This document shows positions 1 to 7,227 of a stretch of DNA of 11,158 nucleotides, piece after piece (positions within the stretch are counted from its first letter, which is position 1; each line of letters begins with the position of its first letter). The stretch is from assembly GCA_035607435.1 (NCBI GenBank), contig DATMZU010000614.1:1-11158 (forward strand). Direction: 5' to 3'. The notes under the pieces were generated by a model. The model worked only from the letters and a program-made list of their open reading frames with translations. It was not told the DNA's origin and searched no databases. The translations under genes were made by a program, and so were the position numbers. The DNA comes from Thermoanaerobaculia bacterium. Its GTDB lineage: Bacteria > Acidobacteriota > Thermoanaerobaculia > Multivoradales > UBA5704.

Positions 1-1526
1 CCGAATTCGCCCAGATCTACAACCTCGACGTGACGGTGATTCCGACCAACAGCACGATGATCCGCCAGGATCGCGCCGATCTGGTCTACCGCACGGCGGA
101 CGAGAAATGGGCCGCGGTGGTCGAGGAGATCCGCGATTGCCAGCAGCGCGGTCAACCGGCTCTGGTGGGCACCGTGTCGATCGAAAAGAGCGAGATGCTC
201 TCGCGACTGCTGAACAAGCCGCCGCGCGTGCCGCACGTCGTGCTGAACGCCAAATTTCACGAGCGCGAAGCGTCGATCGTCGCCCAGGCCGGACGGAAAG
301 GGTCGGTGACCATCGCGACCAACATGGCCGGCCGCGGAACGGACATCGTGCTCGGCGGCAATCCGGAGGGGCTCGCCCGATCGGAGTTCGACCCGGCCGT
401 GCAGCCCGAGGAGTACGCCCAGGCGCTCGAACGCTATTTGACGACCTGCGCCGCGGAACGGCAGGAAGTGATCGCCGCGGGCGGCCTGCACATCCTCGGC
501 ACCGAACGGCACGAATCACGCCGGATCGACAACCAGCTGCGGGGCCGTTCCGGCCGCCAGGGCGACGCCGGCTCCTCGCGCTTCTACCTGTCGCTCGAAG
601 ACGACCTGATGCGCATTTTCGGCTCCGACCGAATCAAGGGGCTGATGACCAAGCTCGGCATGGAAGAGGGCGAGGCGATCGAGCACGGCATGGTCTCGCG
701 GGCGATCGAGAAGGCTCAGCGGCAGGTCGAAGGGCGCAACTTCGAGACCCGCAAACACCTGCTCGAATACGACGACGTGATGAACAAGCAGCGCCAGGAG
801 ATCTATCAGCTCCGGAAAGAGATCCTGGAAGGGCGCGAGGGGCGCGAATACGTCCAGGGGATCTGCGAGGAGCTGATCGACAACCTGCTCCAGAGCCACT
901 GTCCGGAAAAAGTCGATCCGCACGACTGGAACCTGACCGGTCTACGCACCGACATGCTCGCGTACTTCAACCTCCAGAGGAGCGACTTCGGCGCCGATTT
1001 GGGCGAGCTGGGCATCCAGGAGTTGGAAGACACCCTCCTCGCCGCGGTCCGCAACCGCTATCAGGAGCGCGAGGCGCGGTTCGGCACCGAGATGATGCGG
1101 AGCTTCGAGCGGGCGATCATGCTCCACGCGGTGGACGTCGCCTGGAAGGACCACCTGCTCGCGCTCGACCACCTGAAGGAAGGCATCGGCCTGCGCGGCT
1201 ACGGCCAACGCGATCCGCTGAACGAATACAAGAAAGAAAGTTACGAGCTGTTCGAAGCGATGCGCAGCCGGGTGCAGGACGACATCCTCTCCAAGCTGTT
1301 CCATTTCGAGCCGGTGACCGAAGAGGACATGGCCGAGCAGCGCCGTCGCCGCGAGATGCCGCAACCGGCGCAGCTGACGTTTTCGGCGCCGCCCAAAGAG
1401 GCGAACAGCTCGCCGAGCGTCGGCGCCGCGACGGTGGTGCGCAAAGACCCGAAAGTCGGCCGCAACGATCCCTGCTGGTGCGGCTCGGGCAAGAAGTTCA
1501 AGAAGTGTCACGGCGCGACCGCCTGA
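1..1526 (+). CDS. secA: Preprotein translocase ATPase SecA, C-terminal ~505 aa; 5' end lies upstream of the window
   Basis: The frame of ORF 30..1526 stays open back to base 3 and translates [16 protein letters not shown], the SecA motor-domain motif. [17 protein letters not shown] is the helicase motif VI-like segment of SecA. The C-terminal [14 protein letters not shown] is the SecA zinc-binding tail. Stop is TGA at 1524-1526, and third-position GC is high and uniform. Confidence 0.93.
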   Translation, partial: EFAQIYNLDVTVIPTNSTMIRQDRADLVYRTADEKWAAVVEEIRDCQQRGQPALVGTVSIEKSEMLSRLLNKPPRVPHVVLNAKFHEREASIVAQAGRKGSVTIATNMAGRGTDIVLGGNPEGLARSEFDPAVQPEEYAQALERYLTTCAAERQEVIAAGGLHILGTERHESRRIDNQLRGRSGRQGDAGSSRFYLSLEDDLMRIFGSDRIKGLMTKLGMEEGEAIEHGMVSRAIEKAQRQVEGRNFETRKHLLEYDDVMNKQRQEIYQLRKEILEGREGREYVQGICEELIDNLLQSHCPEKVDPHDWNLTGLRTDMLAYFNLQRSDFGADLGELGIQELEDTLLAAVRNRYQEREARFGTEMMRSFERAIMLHAVDVAWKDHLLALDHLKEGIGLRGYGQRDPLNEYKKESYELFEAMRSRVQDDILSKLFHFEPVTEEDMAEQRRRREMPQPAQLTFSAPPKEANSSPSVGAATVVRKDPKVGRNDPCWCGSGKKFKKCHGATA

Positions 1527-1542
1527 CGGCGCGCCGATCGGA

Positions 1543-1580
1543 ATCCCACCCGCCGGGGCGGTTCGAAACCCACCCGGCGG
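1543..1580. repeat. Paired 14-nt direct repeat (ATCCCACCCGCCGG / AACCCACCCGGCGG), also containing a 7-nt inverted repeat CCGCCGG...CCGGCGG, 60-95 bp upstream of the USP start
   Basis: Read directly from the sequence. The two copies are 24 bp apart in the 112-bp secA-USP intergenic region. Confidence 0.3.
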
Positions 1581-1638
1581 AATGTCGCGCACCTCCCGGA
1601 TTCGGCCTAGATTCGAGTCAGAAAAACGGAGGTGAGCC

Positions 1639-2634
1639 ATGATCCCGCACACCAAGACCGTCGTCATCGGCACGTCCCTCGGACCGGAGAGCGATGCGAT
1701 CGTCGCTTCGGGGCTTGCTCTCGCCCGCGCGCTTTCGGCCCACGCGGAAATCGTCCACGCCTATACCCCCATCGCCACGCTGTTTGCGACGTTTGAAGGT
1801 CCGCTGGTCACGCCGCAGCTTTCGGAAATCGAACGGCGGCAGATGATCGCAGCGGTCGAGGCCCAGGCCGCCCGCCACATGGTTCCGGCCCTGGACGGCG
1901 CGACGAACAAGGCGCCAAAGGTTAGGACCCACATCGCCGAAGGCCCGGCCCACCGACTGCTCGTCGAGCGGGCCGAAGCGCTCGACGCCGATCTGATCCT
2001 GGTCGGCAGCGTCGAGGTCGGCAAACACAACTGGACGTTCGGCTCGACCGCCGATCGCGTGGTTCGCCAGGCGCCCTGCCCGGTGCTCGTCGTGCGCTCG
2101 GGCACGCCGATCCTGCTGTACCGCGTGCTGGCGCCGATCGATCTATCGCCGACTTCGCGACGCGCGATCGAGACCGCTCTCGCCCTGCTTTCGCCGCTCG
2201 AAGAGACGCCGACCTTCGAGCTGCTGTTCGCGCTCGACCCGCTCGACAGCGCGGGCCTGCGGCAGTTCCGCCAAGACCAGCTGGTCCGACTCGCCGAATC
2301 CGAGCTGCAGAGGATCGCGACGATCTTCGCTTCCAAGAGCGGAGCGATCGTCCAGCGAAAAGTTCGCGTGGGCGGCCCGGTGACCGAGATTCTCGCCGAG
2401 GTCGAAGCGCGCCACCCCGACCTGGTGGTGATCGGAACCCACGGCTACGGCGGGTTGGAGCGTCTGCTTCTCGGAAGCGTCGCCTCGCAGGTAATCCGTT
2501 CGGCGTCCACGAGCGTCCTGGTGGTCCCGCCGAAAGCCGCGCAACGCACGGAGGACGAGCGGATCGACGCCGCCGCCCAAAGAGGCCATGAGGGGAGCTT
2601 CATCTCCGACGAGGTCCATCGGCCTCCGGCGTAG
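1639..2634 (+). CDS. Universal stress protein with two tandem UspA domains (331 aa)
   Basis: Each half (about residues 1-150 and 160-310) ends with the USP-type glycine-rich ATP-binding signature. These are LILVGSVEVGKHNWTFGSTADRVVRQAPCPVLVV and LVVIGTHGYGGLERLLLGSVASQVIRSASTSVLVV. A Shine-Dalgarno GGAGGTGA lies at 1628-1635, with its GGAGG core 6 nt before the ATG. Confidence 0.85.
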   Translation: MIPHTKTVVIGTSLGPESDAIVASGLALARALSAHAEIVHAYTPIATLFATFEGPLVTPQLSEIERRQMIAAVEAQAARHMVPALDGATNKAPKVRTHIAEGPAHRLLVERAEALDADLILVGSVEVGKHNWTFGSTADRVVRQAPCPVLVVRSGTPILLYRVLAPIDLSPTSRRAIETALALLSPLEETPTFELLFALDPLDSAGLRQFRQDQLVRLAESELQRIATIFASKSGAIVQRKVRVGGPVTEILAEVEARHPDLVVIGTHGYGGLERLLLGSVASQVIRSASTSVLVVPPKAAQRTEDERIDAAAQRGHEGSFISDEVHRPPA

Positions 2635-2645
2635 ACTTCCGGAGG
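2623..2645. other. 7-bp perfect hairpin (CCTCCGG-n9-CCGGAGG) overlapping the USP stop codon
   Basis: The inverted repeat was read directly. No U-tract follows on either strand. It sits in the 64-bp gap between the convergent USP and SPFH genes. Confidence 0.3.
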
Positions 2646-2698
2646 AAGGAACAACCGCGGGACGCCCGTCGAAACGACCGACGGACGCCCCGCTTCGT

Positions 2699-3802
2699 TT
2701 ACAGCAACTTCATCACGCGATCCGCGAGACCGCCCTCGCCCAAGACCACCGACAGGTTGGCCTTCACGGCCACCTTTTCGAGGACCTCCAGCTCGCGCAG
2801 CCGCATCAGCGTCGGGTTCGACTCGAAGATCCGCGCCGTGTTCGCCTGCGAGCGGATCGCCGCGGTCTCCTCGCGACGGGTCACGAGCTGCACCTCGGCG
2901 GCCTTCTGCGCTTCGATCACCCGGTTCAAGATCTCCTTCATCTCGCCCGGCAGGATCACGTCGCGGATGCCGACACCCTTGAGCTCCAAGCCCAGGGCTT
3001 CGGCGGCCGGCGCGAGCCGCTCGCGAAGCTCGGCCACCAAGCCGTCCTTGTCGGCGAGCAACGCATCGAGATCGCGCGCACCGACGATGGCCCGCAGCGC
3101 GAGCTGCGCCTGCCGGTAGAGCGCCTGGCGAAAGTCGTCGACTTCCGTTGCGGCCTTCACCGGATCGACGAGCCGGAAACCGACCAGCGCGTTCAACCGG
3201 AGCGTGACGCGATCCGCCGTCATGATCTCCTGGCCCGAAATGTCGAGTGTCTGCTCGCGCAAGTCGAGCGCCAAGACCTGCATCTTCCCCTCGCCCCGCC
3301 ACAGAGCGTGAACGCCCGGCGCCAGCTGACCGATCAGGCGGCCGTCCTGAAATAGGAGACCCGTCCAACCCGCCGGGACGACCGAGGTTTCGAGCAGCGT
3401 CGCGGCACCGCGGGCGGCCAGCACGACGGCCAGATCGGGGTGGACGAACGGCTGCTGCCGGGCGTCCACCACCTCGACCTTCACCGTTCGATCGACCTGC
3501 CAGAGGGCGCGAACGCCCGGACCGCAGATCAGGGCGACGCGGCCGTCGATCGAGACTACGGCACGCTCGTGGTCCTTCAAATCGATCGCGACCAGGTCGC
3601 TGCCGAGCTTGCCCGAACGGACGATCTCATCGAGCGCTTTGTGCTCCAGCCACGGCTCGCGCACGGACACCCGATCGACCGCAAGGTCGGTGAAAGGCGC
3701 CGCAATCAGGTGCCGGCCTGGCGCGAGCGGACGCTCGAACGCGCCGTCGCGGAATAGAAGGCCACGCTCGTGGGCGCGCACTTTGAGGATCTGGATCGTC
3801 AT
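2699..3802 (-). CDS. SPFH/band-7 (stomatin/slipin-like) domain protein, 367 aa, with a ~150-aa N-terminal extension and no obvious TM helix
   Basis: The C-terminal ~220 aa carry the SPFH core, including ...IMTADRVTLRLNALVGFRLVDP... and ...GIRDVILPGEMKEILNRVIEAQKAAE... followed by a coiled-coil tail. A Shine-Dalgarno AAGGTGGAG precedes the ATG at 3802. Stop is TAA at 2699-2701. Confidence 0.8.
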   Translation of the reverse strand: MTIQILKVRAHERGLLFRDGAFERPLAPGRHLIAAPFTDLAVDRVSVREPWLEHKALDEIVRSGKLGSDLVAIDLKDHERAVVSIDGRVALICGPGVRALWQVDRTVKVEVVDARQQPFVHPDLAVVLAARGAATLLETSVVPAGWTGLLFQDGRLIGQLAPGVHALWRGEGKMQVLALDLREQTLDISGQEIMTADRVTLRLNALVGFRLVDPVKAATEVDDFRQALYRQAQLALRAIVGARDLDALLADKDGLVAELRERLAPAAEALGLELKGVGIRDVILPGEMKEILNRVIEAQKAAEVQLVTRREETAAIRSQANTARIFESNPTLMRLRELEVLEKVAVKANLSVVLGEGGLADRVMKLL

Positions 3803-4143
3803 GCTCCACCTTCTTTCAATACGCTCTGCCGACGCGGCAGTGCCGGAAAAACCTTGCCTAAAGTGATCGTCGGAAGGGCGAGACCGCGCCCCACCGCGCG
3901 CTCCGGTGCGGAGTGCCGAGACCGATCGCCTTTCCGCACCGGGCGGCCGGAAGCGAGATTCACCTTCCTCGCTCCTTTAAAGCCACGGGCTTCTTTACGA
4001 ACGGCGCGAACGACACTGCAAGGCACCTTCGGGCGTTTGCCTTGCCGAAAGATTCGCCATCCCTTCCCAGCGGATGGCACAAATCGAACGGTTCGGCGGG
4101 CGGTGCGTTTTTCGATCTCGCACCTTCCGGACAATCGGGTTTG

Positions 4144-4166
4144 CAAAAGACCGTTCCTTAGACGGT
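4144..4166 (-). terminator. Weak hairpin (ACCGU-n7-ACGGU) plus CUUUUG run immediately 3' of the tRNA on the minus strand
   Basis: Seen in sequence. The stem is only 5 bp, so this may equally be a processing signal rather than a terminator. Confidence 0.25.
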
Positions 4167-4170
4167 TGCG

Positions 4171-4242
4171 ATGTTGGCGAGGGATTCGAACCCCCGACTC
4201 TCGGATTATCAGTCCGATGCTCTACCTCTGAGCTAGCCATAT
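4171..4242 (-). tRNA. tRNA-Ile (anticodon GAU); CCA not encoded
   Basis: Reverse complement reads ATATGGC-TA-GCTC-AGAGGTA-GAGC-A-TCGGA-CTGATAA-TCCGA-GAGTC-GGGGG-TTCGAAT-CCCTC-GCCAACA-T. D-arm (TAGCTCAG...GAGC), anticodon arm (5-bp stem, loop CUGAUAA, so anticodon GAU) and T-arm (GGGGG/CCCTC with loop TTCGAAT) are all well formed. Acceptor positions 1-3 do not pair with 70-72 (see findings). Confidence 0.75.
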
Positions 4243-4330
4243 GGTGGTGCAAGCCGGTTCTCCTAGAGCCCGCGGCGGAACGCGCGTGAGCCATCGGCTC
4301 GGCGCGCCGTGCGGAGACGGTCGGCTGTGT

Positions 4331-4377
4331 ACCCAAAACGCAAAAAGCCTTCCGGAAGGACGCTCCCGGAAGGCTTT
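4331..4377 (-). terminator. Intrinsic terminator on the minus strand: perfect 12-bp stem AAAGCCUUCCGG / CCGGAAGGCUUU with a 10-nt loop, followed by UUUUUGCGUUUUGG
   Basis: Read directly. Stem is 4344-4355 paired with 4366-4377. The plus strand carries the A-rich complement at 4331-4343, so the U-tract is on the minus-strand transcript only. Structure this canonical is rare in this GC-rich sequence. Confidence 0.6.
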
Positions 4378-4524
4378 CGAATCGAACGCGAATCGCGTTC
4401 CGATCGATGGCTCACCCTACCGTGGAGATCTCTCCGCGCGATTCAGCCCGAGGTCGAAATTCGACGCGGGTTGAATGGATTTAGGTTCGGGACGACGGTT
4501 CATCGCGGTGATCTCCAAAAGGGG
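4335..4524 (-). ncRNA. Candidate ~150-190 nt small transcript (sRNA or small-protein mRNA) defined by promoter at 4531-4560 and terminator at 4331-4377
   Basis: Inferred from promoter-plus-terminator geometry only. Contains a 28-codon ORF (minus-strand ATG at 4503, stop TAG at 4419-4417; MNRRPEPKSIQPASNFDLGLNRAERSPR) with GGAG 9 nt upstream. That ORF's third-position GC (~57%) is far below the ~85% of the real genes here, which favours a non-coding RNA. There is an internal hairpin GAACGCG-AAU-CGCGUUC (4384-4400). An 8-nt stretch UGGAGAUC in the SD region can pair with GAUCUCCA near the ORF stop. Confidence 0.25.
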
Positions 4525-4530
4525 AGGCGG

Positions 4531-4560
4531 AATATAAAGGGGGTGCCTCGGAGATGTCAA
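4531..4560 (-). promoter_or_regulatory. Sigma70-like promoter on the minus strand: -35 TTGACA (complement of 4555-4560), 18-nt spacer, -10 TATATT (complement of 4531-4536); A/T-rich UP-like tract (complement of 4571-4588)
   Basis: Minus-strand reading is ggTTTGAAAAATTTCtctgaacttggggc TTGACA tctccgaggcacccccttTATATTccgcc. -35 matches consensus 6/6 and -10 matches 5/6. It starts 23 bp beyond the M48 stop codon, and the implied TSS is near 4524. Confidence 0.4.
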
Positions 4561-4582
4561 GCCCCAAGTTCAGAGAAATTTT

Positions 4583-6493
4583 TCAAACCTCTTGCCCGGG
4601 CAGGAAGGGCGGCACCGGGCAGTCGAGCGAATCGGCGATCGCGCGCAGCAGCTCGGCTTCGGCGACCGTGACTTTTCGATCGGCGACGGCGCAGGCGGTC
4701 GCCGCTTCGAGCAGGCGCTTCTTGCCTTGCGGCACCAAGGCGGCGAGCGAGCGCAGGGCGCGGTCGATCACCTCGGGCGGACAGTCGTCACGACTGGAAA
4801 AAGTGATCGACCCAGCGTCGCCGCCGAGGAGGCATAATGCCGCGTCGAAGCTCGCCGCTTCCGCCGCGGGTTCGTCGGAACCACAGGCGTGGCCCAGGGC
4901 GGAGAGGACCAAACCCACTTCGGTCGTGCGGTCGGAGAGCTGGGCGGTCGGCGCCCCTTTCGCCCGCGTGCCGCCGAAGACCGGACCGAGATGGCGGACC
5001 AGTGCGCGCTGGAGCACCAGCTCGAACAGGGAGATTCGTGAATCGGCGACGATCAGCGCATGGGTCGTGATGCGAAATGCGTCCCACTGCGGGCGCGACA
5101 TCTGGCGCAAGGCCGGAAGCGCCAGATCGAGCAGCGGCAGGCGTGCCGCGTCGGGGCAGCTCGCGAGGATCGCGGCGGCTTTTTGCGTCTCGTCGAACAG
5201 GAAAGGCCCCGCGCCTTCGAGCGCCCTCACCTGAACGATCCGGACCTCCGGATCGCGATCGAGCAGCAGGGCGAACAGCAGGGCCGGCGCGGTCGCGGGC
5301 TCGCGAGCTCGCTCGCGCAGGCCGGCGGGCAAGCTCGCAATAAACTGCGTCGCGTAATCGACGTGGGTCGGCTGGACGGTACCCACCCGCGCCGCGATCG
5401 TGTGGCCGCCCAAGCCCACCACCCCGGCCGCCAACCGCTCTTCGTTTTCGGGAATCTCAACCCCAATCACCGGTCGAAGCTTCGGTCCCGGATCGGTCGC
5501 CGCGAACGTTCCAGTGAAGCTCGGGTCGAGCCGTCGGATGCGGTCTTCGAGCGGCGGATGGGTCGAAAGGGCTGAGAGCCAGCTCGCTTTCAAGCCGTTC
5601 GAGAAATAGAGATGGCTCGCCTGCTCGGCGTTCGGATTCGCGATTTTCGAACCGTCTTTCGCCCCGCCGATTTTCTTGAGAGCGTCCGCGAGACCGAGAG
5701 GGTTGCGGGTGAATTGGACCGAGGAGGCATCCGCGAGAAACTCCCGCTGGCGTGAGATGCCGCTCTTGATCAACCGGCCGAAGAAGACGCCGATGCCGCC
5801 GATCACGATCAGGGCCAAGCCGAACAGCGGGATCGCCGCCCCTCCCCCCTTCTTGCTGCTGCCGCTACTGCGGCCCATGCTGCGCAGAATCCAATAGCCG
5901 ATGAAAGCGATCACCATCAGGCCATGGAGCCAGCCGATCAGGTGCAGGTTCAACCGCGCGTCGGCGTTCAGGATGTGCGACAGCTCGTGGCCGATCACCC
6001 CTTGCAGCTCGTCGCGCTCCAACCGGTCGAGGCAGCCGCGGGTGACGCCGAGGATCGAATCGCCCGGCGCCCAGCCGGCCGCGAACGCGTTGATCCCCGG
6101 CTCGTTGTCGAGCACCACCACCGAGGGAACCGGCAGGCCCGCCGCGAGCGCCATTTCTTCCACCACGTTGAGCAGCCGACGCTCCGCGGGCTCGGTGGTG
6201 TTCGGGGCGATGCGGCGCGCACCGAGCAGATTCGCGATCGCTTCGGAACCGGATCTCAGGCTCCAGATCTTGTACAAGGTGGAAAGGGCGATCACCGCGA
6301 TCGTGATCGTCGCCACCGGCATGAAGACCTTGGGATTCCAGAACGGCCCGGTCGGACCGTCCTCCGTCTTGTAGATCAGCAGGCGGACGGCGAGGTAGAC
6401 GCAGGCCACGACGCCGCCGACAGCCAGGGCGAACAGCGCCATCAGCCGCGCCGTGTGGCGCTGTGCCCGCTCTTGCGTGGCGAAGAAATCCAT
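4583..6493 (-). CDS. M48-family zinc metallopeptidase (HtpX-like), 636 aa, with four predicted TM helices and a ~360-aa C-terminal extension of unknown function
   Basis: HExxH is present as GVIGHELSHILNADARL, and the downstream glutamate motif is REFLADASSVQF (M48 third zinc ligand). Hydrophobic helices lie at about 17-40, 57-78, 188-208 and 222-245. SD-like GGAGGGGGGAG precedes the ATG at 6493 and stop is TGA at 4583-4585. The gene starts 27 nt after the upstream lemA, implying an operon. Confidence 0.88.
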   Translation of the reverse strand: MDFFATQERAQRHTARLMALFALAVGGVVACVYLAVRLLIYKTEDGPTGPFWNPKVFMPVATITIAVIALSTLYKIWSLRSGSEAIANLLGARRIAPNTTEPAERRLLNVVEEMALAAGLPVPSVVVLDNEPGINAFAAGWAPGDSILGVTRGCLDRLERDELQGVIGHELSHILNADARLNLHLIGWLHGLMVIAFIGYWILRSMGRSSGSSKKGGGAAIPLFGLALIVIGGIGVFFGRLIKSGISRQREFLADASSVQFTRNPLGLADALKKIGGAKDGSKIANPNAEQASHLYFSNGLKASWLSALSTHPPLEDRIRRLDPSFTGTFAATDPGPKLRPVIGVEIPENEERLAAGVVGLGGHTIAARVGTVQPTHVDYATQFIASLPAGLRERAREPATAPALLFALLLDRDPEVRIVQVRALEGAGPFLFDETQKAAAILASCPDAARLPLLDLALPALRQMSRPQWDAFRITTHALIVADSRISLFELVLQRALVRHLGPVFGGTRAKGAPTAQLSDRTTEVGLVLSALGHACGSDEPAAEAASFDAALCLLGGDAGSITFSSRDDCPPEVIDRALRSLAALVPQGKKRLLEAATACAVADRKVTVAEAELLRAIADSLDCPVPPFLPGQEV

Positions 6494-6519
6494 CGCCCGG
6501 CTCCCCCCTCCGCCCTCTT

Positions 6520-7110
6520 TTAGGTGAACGAGACCTTGACCGCTTCGCGCTCGACCGGCGCGGTGATCTCGAACAGCGTCGCGGGCGCAAAACCGAACGC
6601 CCCGGCAAACAACGCGGCGGGGAAACGCTCGCGCGCCGTGTTGTAGGTCATCACCGCATCGTTGTACGCCTGGCGCGAAAAGGCGACCTTGTTCTCGGTC
6701 GAGGTCAGCTCTTCTTGCAGCAGCGCCATGTTCTGGTTCGCCTTCAGGTCGGGATACGCCTCGGCGAGCGCGAACATCTTGCCCAGCGCGCCGGTGAGCG
6801 CCCCTTCGGCCGCCATCGCACCCGCCACCGCCTGGCCGTCGGCGGGATTCGCCGCCGCGCGACCGACCGCGGAGCTGGCCGCGTTCCTCGCCGCGATCAC
6901 CGCTTCGAGCGTTTCGCGCTCGAACTTCATGTAGCCCTTCGCGGTCTCCACCAGGTTCGGGATCAGGTCGTAGCGCCTTTTCAGCTGGACGTCGATCTGG
7001 GCGAACGCGTTCTTGAATCGATTGCGCAAGCCGACCAGCCCGTTGTAGAGGCTGACCACCCAGAAGACGATGAGGACAGCCAGGATGACGAGGACGATCA
7101 AGGGAGTCAT
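6520..7110 (-). CDS. lemA: LemA family protein (196 aa), N-terminal single TM helix
   Basis: N-terminal TM segment PLIVLVILAVLIVFWVVSLY is followed by the LemA core (YNGLVGLRNRFKNAFAQIDVQLKRRYDLIPNLVETAKGYMKFERETLEAVIAARN...). SD AGGAGGT lies 4 nt before the ATG at 7110. Stop is TAA at 6520-6522. Confidence 0.88.
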   Translation of the reverse strand: MTPLIVLVILAVLIVFWVVSLYNGLVGLRNRFKNAFAQIDVQLKRRYDLIPNLVETAKGYMKFERETLEAVIAARNAASSAVGRAAANPADGQAVAGAMAAEGALTGALGKMFALAEAYPDLKANQNMALLQEELTSTENKVAFSRQAYNDAVMTYNTARERFPAALFAGAFGFAPATLFEITAPVEREAVKVSFT

Positions 7111-7227
7111 GCGTACCTCCTAAGAGGAGTAGGTGCGGGCCGCGATGTTATCACCCGCATACTGGCTCGCCGACCGAGCCGCGGAGGGCATGCCATACTC
7201 CGGCCCCTGCCGGGAGATCGAATCGAC

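Noticed and set aside
1556-1576. GGTTCGAAACC motif resembling a tRNA T-arm inside the secA-USP spacer
   Set aside because: No D-arm, anticodon arm or acceptor pairing can be built around it. Sharing an 8-mer with the T-loop consensus is likely chance.
107-1642. 511-aa ORF overlapping secA in another frame; similar long ORFs at 942..1673(-), 2445..3368(-), 2588..3355(+), 5865..6608(-), 5924..6523(+), 7449..8363(-), 8580..9320(-), 9510..10580(-)
   Set aside because: All are Arg/Ala/Gly/Pro-rich translations of the alternative or antisense frames of clearly recognisable genes. Stop-poor shadow frames are expected at this GC content, and none has a domain signature or RBS.
4231-4245. CATATGGCTAGC at the tRNA 5' end equals adjacent NdeI and NheI sites, as in common expression-vector polylinkers
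   Set aside because: GCTAGCTCAG is the universal tRNA D-arm start. There is no other vector-like sequence in the window, so this is treated as coincidence rather than contamination.
4344-4377. CCGGAAGG in the terminator stem recalls the apical region of SRP (4.5S) RNA
   Set aside because: The stem is a perfect 12-bp helix without the asymmetric internal loops (AGCAGC/GCAGA) of SRP helix 8, and the flanking sequence does not fit.
4554-5234. 226-aa plus-strand ORF starting in the non-coding island, with GGAG directly abutting the ATG
   Set aside because: It is antisense to the M48 gene for almost its whole length. SD spacing is 0 nt and the product is low-complexity (Ser/Ala/Arg-rich).
6463-7227. 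5' extension of the sigma-factor ORF (255 extra codons; a DVITRIL stretch superficially resembles the N-terminus of related sigma factors)
   Set aside because: The extension is antisense to lemA across its whole length. There is no ATG/GTG/TTG in frame between the lemA start and ATG 7228, and the extended translation is low-complexity.
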